From positions 48,597 through 112,596 of the forward strand of contig JAQGDQ010002396.1 of the NCBI GenBank assembly GCA_030141605.1: a stretch of DNA of 64,000 bases, given 5' to 3'. Positions within the stretch are counted from its first letter, which is position 1, and the number at the start of each line of letters is the position of its first letter. Below are positions 19,091 through 29,047 of this stretch, in pieces. The DNA is from Tubiluchus corallicola (taxonomy: Eukaryota; Animalia; Priapulida). Below the pieces are notes generated by a model. The model did no database searches, was not told the DNA's origin, and was given only the letters and a program-made list of their open reading frames with translations. A program made the position numbers and the translations under genes.

Positions 19091-19753
19091 ATGACGCTAA
19101 AAAATATTACTCTATTTCTATCAACCGCAATAGGCACATTTCTTCTGGGAACTGTTGTGTTTTACGCAGATGCACATACGCTGAACTATGATAAGTCGTA
19201 TGTAGCCCCACCTTCTGCAGAGCAACAAAGCCCAGCGTATGATAGGGTTCCTCTTTCTCATTTACAAGGATATTTTGGTAGTTTAGAACGTCTTAAAGAG
19301 GAGCCGTCAGCTTTTTCGCAAGAGAATCTGGCACAAGTAATTCATTCTTATTTAAAAGCGAATCCTTCTGTAAGGGAGCGTTTTTTTGATCAGATTATTG
19401 TAGAGCTTCTTGTTGAACATTTTTTTGATCTGATTGTTGAGAATCCTGGTGTTTTTGCGCGGGTAGACGAATATTCCGATGATTTTGGATTGGGTGATGA
19501 AGAGTCTGGTGTTTTTGCGCAGGCAAACGAATATTCCGATGATTTTGGATTGGGTGATGAAGAGTCTGGTGCTTTTGCGCAGGCAGACGAATATTCCGAT
19601 GATTTTGGATTGGGTGATGAAGAGTCTGGTAATTTTGTACACAAAGCCCCCTATGAAAGTTATTTTTGCGAAATAGAGACGTTTCACTTTGGTGAAGGGC
19701 CACAATTTTCAGGAATTTTTAATTTAGATCATTTAAGTACCTTGGAAAAATAG
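19091..19753 (+). CDS. Hypothetical secreted protein with acidic 20-aa tandem repeats
   Basis: GGAGG RBS, hydrophobic leader ending YADA, three EYSDDFGLGDEESG repeats. Confidence 0.7.
   Translation: MTLKNITLFLSTAIGTFLLGTVVFYADAHTLNYDKSYVAPPSAEQQSPAYDRVPLSHLQGYFGSLERLKEEPSAFSQENLAQVIHSYLKANPSVRERFFDQIIVELLVEHFFDLIVENPGVFARVDEYSDDFGLGDEESGVFAQANEYSDDFGLGDEESGAFAQADEYSDDFGLGDEESGNFVHKAPYESYFCEIETFHFGEGPQFSGIFNLDHLSTLEK
19446..19630 (+). repeat. Coding tandem repeat, 60-bp unit, about 3 copies
   Basis: Lines 19441, 19501 and 19561 are near-identical (core cgaatattccgatgattttggattgggtgatgaagagtctggt). Confidence 0.97.
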
Positions 19754-19810
19754 AAAGTTGGTGCTGATTTAGCTTAAGCTTACTTTTTGATGAAATATAA
19801 GGAGATTAAA

Positions 19811-20551
19811 ATGATACAAAAAAATATTATTCCATTTTTATTAGGCATGGTAGGAGCCTTTTTTATGGGTATATTTGTATCCTACGCGGATATAGATGAC
19901 TATTATGACGATTATGACGATTATATGAAATATCAGTGGAGCGCGCCATCTGCAGGAGGTGCCCCGCCTATGCCGCCTACGGTGTCTGTGCCATCTGTGA
20001 GGCCAGATGGAGAGATGTATCAAGCTCCGTATCCGCATGCTTCATTGAACACACAGAGGAATCTTTTTATAGATCCGGATATTTTTGAAGATGGTTATGC
20101 ATGGGAAATTGAATCTGTTTTAAAAAGCGGTGTTGATGTTAATGCCAGAAAAGCGGGCGGTTTTACACCGTTGATGTTTGCGGCGTCTGATAATGAAAGC
20201 ACTGCGGCCATTCAGGTTCTTCTTTCCGCTGGTGCGGAGATTAACGCGACCAATGATTTTGGCATGACTCCGTTGATGTTTGCGGCGGCGGACAATGATT
20301 CTCCGCGAGTCGTTCAACAGTTAATAAATGCGGGTGCTAATATAAATCAGCGTGATAATAACGGTATGACAGCCTTGATGTTTGCGGCGGCGGAAAGTGA
20401 TTCTCCTGCTGTTATTGAACGTTTGCTGGCTGCTGGAGCGGATAAGCATATAATAGATTTAAGAGGAAGAAGAGCTTTCGACTATGCAAGATTTAACGAT
20501 GACTTGATGGAAGGTTTTTTCGGCCGTAGTGCTGCCAATAAGCTTCAATAA
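19811..20551 (+). CDS. Secreted ankyrin-repeat protein
   Basis: Leader peptide, Pro-rich linker, three G(F/M)T(P/A)LMFAA...GA(E/N/D) ankyrin repeats; GGAG RBS before ATG 19811. Confidence 0.9.
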   Translation: MIQKNIIPFLLGMVGAFFMGIFVSYADIDDYYDDYDDYMKYQWSAPSAGGAPPMPPTVSVPSVRPDGEMYQAPYPHASLNTQRNLFIDPDIFEDGYAWEIESVLKSGVDVNARKAGGFTPLMFAASDNESTAAIQVLLSAGAEINATNDFGMTPLMFAAADNDSPRVVQQLINAGANINQRDNNGMTALMFAAAESDSPAVIERLLAAGADKHIIDLRGRRAFDYARFNDDLMEGFFGRSAANKLQ

Positions 20552-20865
20552 AAGATAATATCTGTACAAGAAAGCTGGTATTTTTATTCTTGATAAAGAA
20601 AAAAATATCCTATATTTTTTTGGATCATTTTATATTGACGCTTATGCCGATAATAAGCGGTTTGTACCATAAAGGGAACAGCCGGTAATTTGTTGGTGAA
20701 AAAAATTCCAAATAGTTTTTGTTTTGAATCCGTATAACTTGATAGTAGGGCGATTTACGTTAAAGTTATAATAAGAATGCTAAAAAAAGAAACCACTATA
20801 TAAATAAAGTTTATATAGTGGTTTCTTTTAAATGGCGGATGGTTAAAGGAAAAAGGGAGAGTTTA

Positions 20866-21444
20866 ATGAAAATAAAACCTAAATTCTGGTGGGGACTTCA
20901 TGTTTATGTTGCGGCTATTTTTTTTCCTATCGCTATTTTTTATGCGATTACGGGCAGTTTATATTTATTGGGGTTTTCTGGAAGTGTAAAGCAGGAAGAT
21001 CACATGATTTTTTTGCGGGAAAGTAGCATGTTTGATACGTTTGAGGCATTAAAAAGTGATACAGAGCAGCAGAAAAACCTTATAGAGACCTATTTGATTG
21101 AAAAAGATCTTCCTTTACCTCAGGGGGATTTGCATTTTCGTAGAAATCTATTGGTATGGGGTAATATGTCGGAATATTATGCGATTTTTGAAATACAAGA
21201 TGATAAAAGCGCCTCTCTTTCTCTTTATGAGCCAAGCCTATACAGAAAGCTTGTTTTGCTTCATAAAGGAAAAGGGGAGGATATTTTTAATATAGTTGCT
21301 ATTATATTTTCTATTGCTTTAATGGTTGCCTATATTTCAGGGATTTTCTTTGTCTGGTCCATACCTTCAAAGCGCGCGACCCTGTTGCGGGGGCTAGGAG
21401 GGGGGAGTATTTTCATTCTCTTGATGTTCTGGCTAGTTTTATAA
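20866..21444 (+). CDS. PepSY-associated TM helix-like membrane protein
   Basis: LHVYVAAIFFP...AITG N-terminal TM and LHKGKG before the C-terminal TMs. Confidence 0.65.
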   Translation: MKIKPKFWWGLHVYVAAIFFPIAIFYAITGSLYLLGFSGSVKQEDHMIFLRESSMFDTFEALKSDTEQQKNLIETYLIEKDLPLPQGDLHFRRNLLVWGNMSEYYAIFEIQDDKSASLSLYEPSLYRKLVLLHKGKGEDIFNIVAIIFSIALMVAYISGIFFVWSIPSKRATLLRGLGGGSIFILLMFWLVL

Positions 21445-21451
21445 GTTCTTT

Positions 21452-23050
21452 TTATAGGGCGGTCCAGTATAAAAACAATAGAAAAGAAAGAAAGAAAAGA
21501 ATGGGAATGGCGGACAAAGGCTCGTATGTACCTGGCAGTAAAGAGATTCTTCCTTCTTTATGCGCATGTTGCTTTTGGAGAATCATCGCCTTTTGGCCCT
21601 TAAGAGTATACAGGAAAAGGTTATCAACGGATGTTTTTGGCTGAAGAAAAAAGCTGAGTAAATAAGAAACACATGCCGTTGTCGCAAGGCCGACGATGCT
21701 ATTCCACATCCAATATAAGGGGGTATATAGAGAAACTAGGAAAACAGTGGCAATCCCTGTTATTAATCCAATAATAATTGGGTTCTCATGTACCTTTTGT
21801 GTATACATTCCCATAACAAAAACAGAAAACATAGATCCTAGCAAGTAAGAAGCGTAAAGAGAAATCGCCTCTAGTAGGGAAAGAGTTGTATTGCTGGTTA
21901 AAAAAGCAAATCCAGCGATTAAAACAGACCATACTAATAAAAGTTTTTTTGCCAATAAAAGTTTTTTTTGCGAGGAAATCTCTCTTTTTAAAATACGGGG
22001 AAGAATATTTTTTGATGTTACGGCTGTCATGGAGTTGAGAAGTGAATCAATGCTGGACATGGCGGCTGCTAGCACTGTAACAACAATTAGCCCAAGAAGG
22101 CCTGTTGGGATTTTCTCCATGATAAAAGTGATGAACCCGTCGTTAGGGTTATCAAAATGTTTTCCTTGAAAGTAAACATATAAAAAACATCCCAGCATCA
22201 TGAAGACAAACATCTGAATTACGGAAACAATACTGCTGGCCCAGAGAGATATTTTAATGTTTTTTACGGATTGCGCGCATAAAATGCGCTGGGCTTGCAC
22301 CTGATCAACACCATAGTAGGCTAAATGTAGAACAAAGGCGCCGATAAGACCTGCCCAGAATGTATTGGCGACTGAGAGGCTGGTGTTGAAATTAAAAGCA
22401 TGAAGTTTTCCGGATTCTCTGGAAATTCGCAGGGCGTCCCAAAAGCCGACTTCTAGGGAGTTAACAATGATAAAAAATGTTAGAATAATTGTAAACCAGA
22501 GGATAAGCATTTGAACGACATCGCTCCAGATTACAGCGCGAATTCCTCCTGTGAAGGTATAAAATACAGAGAAAACCGTACAAATTGTAATGGTAAGATT
22601 GATATCTAGGTTAATAACTTTGGAAATCACCAGTGCGGGAGCGTACACTAGGCTACCAGCAATCATGATAGATTTTAGTAAAAACATGCAAGCCATCAGC
22701 AGGCTTATAGTTGTTCCAAAGCGTTTATCAAGATACTCATAAACGGATGTTATATTTTGGTTATAGAGAAAGGGAGCAAAATGGCTTGCGACAAGCCAGT
22801 TTACAAGAGGGAGGTTGATTGTCATCATAATTGCGAACATGCCGGCTTGGTAAGACCAGCCGGGAGCGCTAAGAAACGTGACGGCGCTGACATGAGTGGC
22901 AATAAGAGATAGGCCAACGGCCCACCATTTGAAAGAACGGCGAGCGACAAAATAATCCTGTGTTGTTTTTGTCACTTTACGAAAACGAAGCCCCATGGAA
23001 ATGATAAAAAGCAGATAAACAAAAACAATAAGCCAGTCTAGTGTGAGCAT
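21452..23050 (-). CDS. Sodium:solute symporter family transporter
   Basis: DYFVARR, SVYEYLDKRFG, GGIRAVIWSD and AAAMSSIDS motifs. Confidence 0.92.
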   Translation of the reverse strand: MLTLDWLIVFVYLLFIISMGLRFRKVTKTTQDYFVARRSFKWWAVGLSLIATHVSAVTFLSAPGWSYQAGMFAIMMTINLPLVNWLVASHFAPFLYNQNITSVYEYLDKRFGTTISLLMACMFLLKSIMIAGSLVYAPALVISKVINLDINLTITICTVFSVFYTFTGGIRAVIWSDVVQMLILWFTIILTFFIIVNSLEVGFWDALRISRESGKLHAFNFNTSLSVANTFWAGLIGAFVLHLAYYGVDQVQAQRILCAQSVKNIKISLWASSIVSVIQMFVFMMLGCFLYVYFQGKHFDNPNDGFITFIMEKIPTGLLGLIVVTVLAAAMSSIDSLLNSMTAVTSKNILPRILKREISSQKKLLLAKKLLLVWSVLIAGFAFLTSNTTLSLLEAISLYASYLLGSMFSVFVMGMYTQKVHENPIIIGLITGIATVFLVSLYTPLYWMWNSIVGLATTACVSYLLSFFLQPKTSVDNLFLYTLKGQKAMILQKQHAHKEGRISLLPGTYEPLSAIPILFFLSFLLFLYWTAL

Positions 23051-23144
23051 AACGGTGGGGCGCCTTTTTCTAAATGTTGCTAGCGAGGAAGAATCATTGT
23101 GTGATTATGATTGAAATGAGCACAGGGTTATGAAGGGAGAGCCA

Positions 23145-23522
23145 TTAAAATTTTGCGACCGTGACAATTTCTATGTTGGCGTTCATTGGCAAACGGGAGA
23201 CTTCAATTGTCGCGCGTGCTGGATATGGCTCTTGTAAATAAGAGGCATAGACCTGATTGACAGCTTGAAAATCATCCAGATTGGTAACAAAAATATCACA
23301 TTTGCAAACATGCTCAAAACTTAAGCCGGCTTTTTTAAGGATGGCTTTGATATTTTGCATGCACTGGTGTGTTTGCGCGATAATGGATTCTGGAATGGTT
23401 TGCGTCTGAGGGTCAAGAGGAATCTGGCCGGAGATAAAGAGAAAACCGTCAGCGATCACAGCCTGAGAATAAGGGCCGATAGCAGAAGGCGCTTGCGAAG
23501 TTGTGATAATGTTTTTTTTCAT
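23145..23522 (-). CDS. RidA family imine deaminase
   Basis: AIGPYSQA, SGQIPLDP and PARAT motifs. Confidence 0.93.
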   Translation of the reverse strand: MKKNIITTSQAPSAIGPYSQAVIADGFLFISGQIPLDPQTQTIPESIIAQTHQCMQNIKAILKKAGLSFEHVCKCDIFVTNLDDFQAVNQVYASYLQEPYPARATIEVSRLPMNANIEIVTVAKF

Positions 23523-23814
23523 TGTATTTTATTCTTAATAAAGTTGTTTTTAAGGAGTATTAAGATGAAATGCTTTGAAAGATACAGAAGCTGTAATTCT
23601 GTATTTTTTTAAAGTATTCACTCTTAGAGTATTATGCGTTTTGAAGCAGAAAGCAACCGTTTTTAAAATGCATCAGGAGTTTTTATGATGTATGTAAAAA
23701 TAAAGGATAGTGTATTGCTTTATCTTGAGCATGTTTTTTAAATAGTATGGCATGTTTATTGCTTTTCTTACCCTTAAAGAATATCGATTTAGCTATTTTA
23801 AGGGGTAGGTCATT

Positions 23815-24702
23815 ATGTTGTTATTATTTTTATTTTTTATTTGTATAGCTGTTACTTCGCTTGTGCTTGGCAAGGTGGCGGTTTATGCTTTTTTCTATAT
23901 AACGGAAATTCAGAGATTTAAAAAGATATTGAAGGTTTTTATATTTACGGTTTGTTTTTTACAATCGACAGCTTTATTTGCCGCTATTGCCGTGAGCGAT
24001 GTAAAGAATAGTAATATTACAAAAGAAAAATCATGGACAAAGGAGCAGCTTCAGTCCATTCAAAATTTCTATACGCCGGGTGAATTTAAAAATATAGCGT
24101 TTGCGGCCAGTAATTTAAAAGAAGCTAGTTTACAGGAATTCACGGGTTTTCAAGAAAAACAGCCTTCTACTGTCGCGCCGTTAGAAGTCGCTTTTTCTCG
24201 CCATGCCATGGGCGTCACGATGAAGGAGTTTCAAAAAGATTTTAATACGCTAATTAAGATACAGACAGGGCATAAGAAAATGCTTATTGACACGTTTCAT
24301 CGATCCGGTGATATTCTTCCTGAGGAAGAGGAAAACTGGTTGAATAGTGAGCGTAACTGGTTAGGAGCGGGGTGGGTTTATGAAAAAGTTAAACACAGCC
24401 ATATTATCGCTGTACGTGGAAACAAAGACATGAAAAATATTGTCGCGATCAGTGATTTAGGGGAATATATTCCTCGCCATACAGAAATGTTGGAGATATA
24501 TAAAGCGATGATTTTCTCTTTAAGTCCATCGATTCCTCAGCTTAGAAGTGAGCGTTTTTTTTATAAACTAATGTCCGCGGCGTTTCAGAACGCTGATGAG
24601 CCCCAGTTGAGGCGGCATGGCGATCTTCAATATACGATTTTGTTTGATAATAGTAATTATCAGATGATTTTAAGTGTGCGCTCTATGAAAAACACTGTTT
24701 AA
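23815..24702 (+). CDS. Hypothetical membrane-anchored protein
   Basis: 295-aa ORF with N-terminal hydrophobic segments; family not recognised. Confidence 0.6.
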   Translation: MLLLFLFFICIAVTSLVLGKVAVYAFFYITEIQRFKKILKVFIFTVCFLQSTALFAAIAVSDVKNSNITKEKSWTKEQLQSIQNFYTPGEFKNIAFAASNLKEASLQEFTGFQEKQPSTVAPLEVAFSRHAMGVTMKEFQKDFNTLIKIQTGHKKMLIDTFHRSGDILPEEEENWLNSERNWLGAGWVYEKVKHSHIIAVRGNKDMKNIVAISDLGEYIPRHTEMLEIYKAMIFSLSPSIPQLRSERFFYKLMSAAFQNADEPQLRRHGDLQYTILFDNSNYQMILSVRSMKNTV

Positions 24703-24794
24703 TAGCATGAAAATTTATTATAATAACAAACTTCTATAAGTTGTAAATCGTTATAATATTTATTTTTTGAGAGCCGTACTTAATTAAAGACTAT

Positions 24795-24848
24795 TTTAAT
24801 ATCGAGTAATAAACTTAGAAATTTAATATCGAGTAATAAACTTAGAAA
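24795..24848 (+). repeat. 27-bp perfect tandem duplication
   Basis: tttaatatcgagtaataaacttagaaa occurs at 24795-24821 and 24822-24848. Confidence 0.95.
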
Positions 24849-24868
24849 GTAAAAAAGGAAACATTAAA

Positions 24869-25336
24869 ATGAAGCATATTATAGTTAGGAAGGCGCATAT
24901 GTCAGAAATGGCTGAAATTCAAAAAATAGCAAAGCGAACTATCCGTAAATCATACGCCTATTTTTTCAGTAATGAGCTCATTGAATCCTATATTGAAAAT
25001 GGTGAAGCAGATAGAGATATTGAAGAAAACTATGCTAATTGCCATGTTATGCTTAACAATGACACCATTATCGCGTTTTGTATATTTTTTGATAATTTTA
25101 TTCATCTGATGATGGTGGATGAGCAGTATCATTATAAAGGTCTTGGAACGAGGCTATTGCTTTATTGTGAGCAGCAGATAGCTCATACTGGCAAGTATGA
25201 TAAAATGAAGCTGGAAACGTTTGAGAATCATATTAACGCGATTAATTTTTATCGTAGAAATGGATGGTGTGTCGTTTACAGAGAAAAAGATAAGATGTAT
25301 GATTTCAACAAGGTTTTTCTGGAAAAAAAGATCTGA
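24869..25336 (+). CDS. GNAT family N-acetyltransferase
   Basis: YHYKGLGTRLL acetyl-CoA motif and NAINFYRRNGW. Confidence 0.88.
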   Translation: MKHIIVRKAHMSEMAEIQKIAKRTIRKSYAYFFSNELIESYIENGEADRDIEENYANCHVMLNNDTIIAFCIFFDNFIHLMMVDEQYHYKGLGTRLLLYCEQQIAHTGKYDKMKLETFENHINAINFYRRNGWCVVYREKDKMYDFNKVFLEKKI

Positions 25337-25358
25337 GTTCATTTTATAAAAGCAAAGA

Positions 25359-25928
25359 GTGTACAGTATTTGTGTGGTTGTGGAATCTCTTCAGGAAAAA
25401 ATAAAAAGAGTTACGGCGGAACAGGTTGAGCTTGTCGAGTATGATCCTATCTGGTCGGAAATGTTTGAGCGTGAGAAGGCGCATTTATATGCGGATTTTC
25501 CAGAGGGGTTCATTATACGGATAGAGCATTTTGGTTCGACATCTGTTGTTGGTTTGGCGGCCAAGCCAATTATTGATATGGTGATTGAGGTTTCTGATAT
25601 TCCACAAGGCAGGGTTATTATTCCGAAGATTTTAGAGCCGCAAGGCTATGATTATTTCTGGCGCCCGACAGCGGGAGACAATATACCGCCGTGGTATAGC
25701 TGGTGTATTCGTCGTAATCAAGAGGGATGTCGAACGCACCATCTTCATTTTGGCGAGACTGATTTTAAAAAGGAGGCGTTGCGATTTCGGGATATTCTCC
25801 GGCGTTCGCCTGATATTGCTAAAAAATATGGACTTCTTAAGAGGCGTCTTGCTTGCCGATATAAAAATAACCGTATTGCCTATACAGAAGAGAAAAGCGC
25901 GTTTATTCATACTGTGATGCACTCTTAA
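25359..25928 (+). CDS. GrpB family protein
   Basis: IEHFGSTSVVGLAAKPIID, RTHHLH, FRDIL and YTEEKSAFI motifs; start uncertain. Confidence 0.88.
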   Translation: MYSICVVVESLQEKIKRVTAEQVELVEYDPIWSEMFEREKAHLYADFPEGFIIRIEHFGSTSVVGLAAKPIIDMVIEVSDIPQGRVIIPKILEPQGYDYFWRPTAGDNIPPWYSWCIRRNQEGCRTHHLHFGETDFKKEALRFRDILRRSPDIAKKYGLLKRRLACRYKNNRIAYTEEKSAFIHTVMHS

Positions 25929-25966
25929 GAAAGAGCGGCGGCAATACGGCTTTTATTTTTATGAGT

Positions 25967-26704
25967 CTATTTTTCAGCGGTGAAATGAAATAAAATATTC
26001 CCTTTGTTATAAAGATAGAGTTCGTCTCTGACAATAATAAAGGAATCCACCTGTTGCATAAGCGGGTTGAAATGTTTTTCAAAATCGGCGTTAGGCCCCC
26101 AGCGCATTGTTCCCATAAGCAGGGTGATATTTACAGAGAGGCCATCTCGTGTATAAGGGCCATTATAATGATTGTTGCCGCTGTAGCTATAGGCCCTTTT
26201 TTCTTTTGGATCGAGTCGAATAAAAATATCGTCTCCTTTCTCGACAACAGCGGGAGCATTGCGTGCATAGTTAAAAATCCATTTTATACCTTCTAAGGGG
26301 CGGTAAAAAGTGTCATGCACATAGGGTTTAACCGCTTTGTTTTTACTATTTAAGGGAATGAGATGCAGCTCAAGTTTTCCGGCGGAGAGCATATATTTTT
26401 GCGTTGTCTCATTTTCGGGACTGTGATCCGTGCTAGTATAAAGCGTTAAAATTTTATTTTCTAGCTCCCATCGCACACCATTCATGGAGAAAATATTGAT
26501 GAGTTGTAAAGTTCCGTCTTTTTTTAAGACAAAACCGTCCCATGTTTTTCCGTTTTCATCGTAGCTAACAAAGGGTTTTTCTATAATTTTTTCAGCGAGT
26601 GGATCTCGGATCTCTTTGTTATCTGCGCCTTGCGAAGTGTGAGGAAACAGCAATAAAGAAAAAAACAAGAGTGTATAAGATATAGGTTGAATATACGTTT
26701 TCAT
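25967..26704 (-). CDS. Secreted protein with C-terminal META/HslJ-like domain
   Basis: Signal peptide; YSGNNHYNGPY...MGTMRWG resembles META GCNxxxGxY...TxMAC without the cysteines. Confidence 0.55.
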   Translation of the reverse strand: MKTYIQPISYTLLFFSLLLFPHTSQGADNKEIRDPLAEKIIEKPFVSYDENGKTWDGFVLKKDGTLQLINIFSMNGVRWELENKILTLYTSTDHSPENETTQKYMLSAGKLELHLIPLNSKNKAVKPYVHDTFYRPLEGIKWIFNYARNAPAVVEKGDDIFIRLDPKEKRAYSYSGNNHYNGPYTRDGLSVNITLLMGTMRWGPNADFEKHFNPLMQQVDSFIIVRDELYLYNKGNILFHFTAEK

Positions 26705-26807
26705 TATACGATGTCCTTAATCATAAAAATTTTTCAAAATAAAAAAACACAATTAACTATCGTTCCAGTCTAGTATTAATATAAACTGCTGGAGCAGAGT
26801 ATCATTT

Positions 26808-27713
26808 TTAAATATGGCTTGCTTGGGCATTGTTTTTATAATATGAACGAATAAGATAAAGAGCACCTTCCAGTGCGTCGCCCTGTGGTTTTTTTAAAAA
26901 GGGAATAATATCCTCGGAAAGCCATGGGAGAATTGGCTCGGACAATCCTCCTAAAAGAGCGACAGAGGGGACGCCTTTTTTGTGGATGAGCGTTCTGATT
27001 AAAAAAGACAATTCGCCAGCGGTTTTTTTAAGTAATCTCTCTGCTAGAGGGTCCTCCTTTTCTGCCCAGTGAAAAACCAATTTTGTAAAAGCGCCGTAGT
27101 CTGTCGGTTTAGCGTTTTCGCTCCAGTTTAGCAGTTGATCGGGCTCGTTAGAAAAATGATTTAAAACAGCATAGGAAAGGGGGGTTTGATCTGCCAGCCC
27201 ATCGTAAGCCAATAGGGTTTCTCGTAATAGGCGGCGTCCTAAAATCGCACCGCTTCCCTGATCGCCAAGGGAAAACCCCCAGCCGCCGATTTGGTGTTCA
27301 GCGCCGTTTTGATACCAGCATCCGCAAGAGCCAGTGCCACAAATGACAATCGCGCCATCCTGTCCGTTATGAGCGCCAAGGCAAGCGATGGACGCGTCAG
27401 TTTCCAGAACAAAGCTGGCAAAAGGAAGATTGTTCATAATCTGCTGCTTGCGTGTGTGATCTCGTCGGATGCCTGCCAAGCCGATACCGGCATGAACAGC
27501 GGATAGCATTTCGGCGGAAAAACCAGCTTGAGCAAGCGCGTCAAGCGCCGAGTTTTTGATGGCTTGCAAGACGGTATCGACGCCTAAGCGGCTGTTGGCG
27601 GAGCCGCTTTTTGCCGTAGAGAGAATTTTTCCTTCAACGTCAGACAGGCGAGCCTTACAGCTTGTTCCTCCGCCATCAATTCCTAAAAAAAGAGGCATAA
27701 ATCGTGTTTGCAT
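26808..27713 (-). CDS. BadF/BadG/BcrA/BcrD-type N-acetylglucosamine/glucosamine kinase
   Basis: GIDGGGT, ICGTGS and GGWGFSLGDQGSG motifs. Confidence 0.85.
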   Translation of the reverse strand: MQTRFMPLFLGIDGGGTSCKARLSDVEGKILSTAKSGSANSRLGVDTVLQAIKNSALDALAQAGFSAEMLSAVHAGIGLAGIRRDHTRKQQIMNNLPFASFVLETDASIACLGAHNGQDGAIVICGTGSCGCWYQNGAEHQIGGWGFSLGDQGSGAILGRRLLRETLLAYDGLADQTPLSYAVLNHFSNEPDQLLNWSENAKPTDYGAFTKLVFHWAEKEDPLAERLLKKTAGELSFLIRTLIHKKGVPSVALLGGLSEPILPWLSEDIIPFLKKPQGDALEGALYLIRSYYKNNAQASHI

Positions 27714-27853
27714 AAACGACCTCTTGGAGAATTTTTTTATTTTTTTTATTTTTTGTTACAAATCATATTATATTGTTATTGTGAATGATGATATCATAAA
27801 TAATAACTAATTGTATAATAAATATATATATATCTAAGGGAGAAGTTAAAGTC

Positions 27854-28987
27854 ATGGAAAAGGAAAAAAACTTTATTGGTCTTATGTCTGGCACAAGCCT
27901 TGATAGTGTTGACGCTGTTTTGGTTAAGTTTGATGGCGATAACATGTCGTTTGTAGATTCTTGTGTCATTCCTATGGACGCGTCATTAAAGCAAAGAGCG
28001 CTGGATATATGCCAGGGACAAACACTTACAATGTCGGAATTTGGGCGTTTAGATGTTGCGTTTGGGCGTTTTTTTGGTTTGGCTGTTTGTGAGCTTTTGA
28101 AACAGGCGGGCTACCAAGCTGATGAAGTGTGCGCAGTTGGCTCACATGGGCAAACAGTCTGGCATGAGCCAGATCATGAAGAGGCTTTTTCTCTACAGAT
28201 TGGTAATCCTGGGGTGATCGCGGCAACATGTGGTATTGATACTGTCGCGGATTTTCGTCAGGCAGATATTGCCCGTGGAGGGCAGGGGGCTCCTTTAGTT
28301 CCTGCGTTTCATAAAGCGATTTTAGGAAATGTTGATTTCGGGAGAGTTGTTCTCAATATTGGTGGGATTTCTAATATTTCTGTTTTAATTCCCGATCATC
28401 CTGTTTCGGGTCATGATACAGGGCCGGGAAATATGCTGATAGACGCTTGGATTTATCATGTTTTAGGAAAAGGCTATGATCATGACGCTTTGTGGGCTCG
28501 GCAGGGACAATGCTCTTCGTTACTTTTAGAGGAATTAATGAATGAGCCGTGGCTCTATATAGCTTCTCCTAAAAGCACAGGGCGGGAGCTTTTTAATATC
28601 GCTTGGCTTAAAGAGAAGCTCGCGAGTTTTCAAGCTTTGAAACCTGAGGATATACAGGCGACCCTTGTTGAGTTTACAGCTGTGACAATTTCCGATAACA
28701 TTCGTTCTTTGCCTTATGAAATTTTGGAAATACTTGTTTGCGGAGGGGGTGTTCATAATCCCATGTTAATGGAGCGGCTCTCTCATCTTAATCCTGGTAT
28801 AAAACTGCTCTCAACAGAAGCGTATGGCGTAAGCCCTGATTTAATGGAAAGTATGGCTTTTGCTTGGCTGGCGAAGCAAACGATTTTAGGTTTGCCGAGT
28901 AATGAGCCTGCTGTTACGGGAGCGTCAGAGCTGAGCATTTTAGGGGGAATTTATCCTGTTCTTTCTTCCTGTTCGTCTGCTGCTTAG
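27854..28987 (+). CDS. anmK: Anhydro-N-acetylmuramic acid kinase
   Basis: GLMSGTSLD, GSHGQT, GGQGAPLVP, LNIGGISN, DTGPGN and PKSTGRELF motifs. Confidence 0.96.
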   Translation: MEKEKNFIGLMSGTSLDSVDAVLVKFDGDNMSFVDSCVIPMDASLKQRALDICQGQTLTMSEFGRLDVAFGRFFGLAVCELLKQAGYQADEVCAVGSHGQTVWHEPDHEEAFSLQIGNPGVIAATCGIDTVADFRQADIARGGQGAPLVPAFHKAILGNVDFGRVVLNIGGISNISVLIPDHPVSGHDTGPGNMLIDAWIYHVLGKGYDHDALWARQGQCSSLLLEELMNEPWLYIASPKSTGRELFNIAWLKEKLASFQALKPEDIQATLVEFTAVTISDNIRSLPYEILEILVCGGGVHNPMLMERLSHLNPGIKLLSTEAYGVSPDLMESMAFAWLAKQTILGLPSNEPAVTGASELSILGGIYPVLSSCSSAA

Positions 28988-29047
28988 ATTTAAAGGTATG
29001 TAGTAGCGTTTTTTAATGAGTTTTTACCATTTTTAGGATTTGATATA

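Noticed and set aside
19446-19630. Possible CRISPR array
   Set aside because: Contiguous 60-bp in-frame units with no unique spacers and no cas genes
20655-20715. AAGGGAA...CCGGT resembling a cobalamin riboswitch
   Set aside because: The GCCACTG/B12-box elements and matching stems were not found
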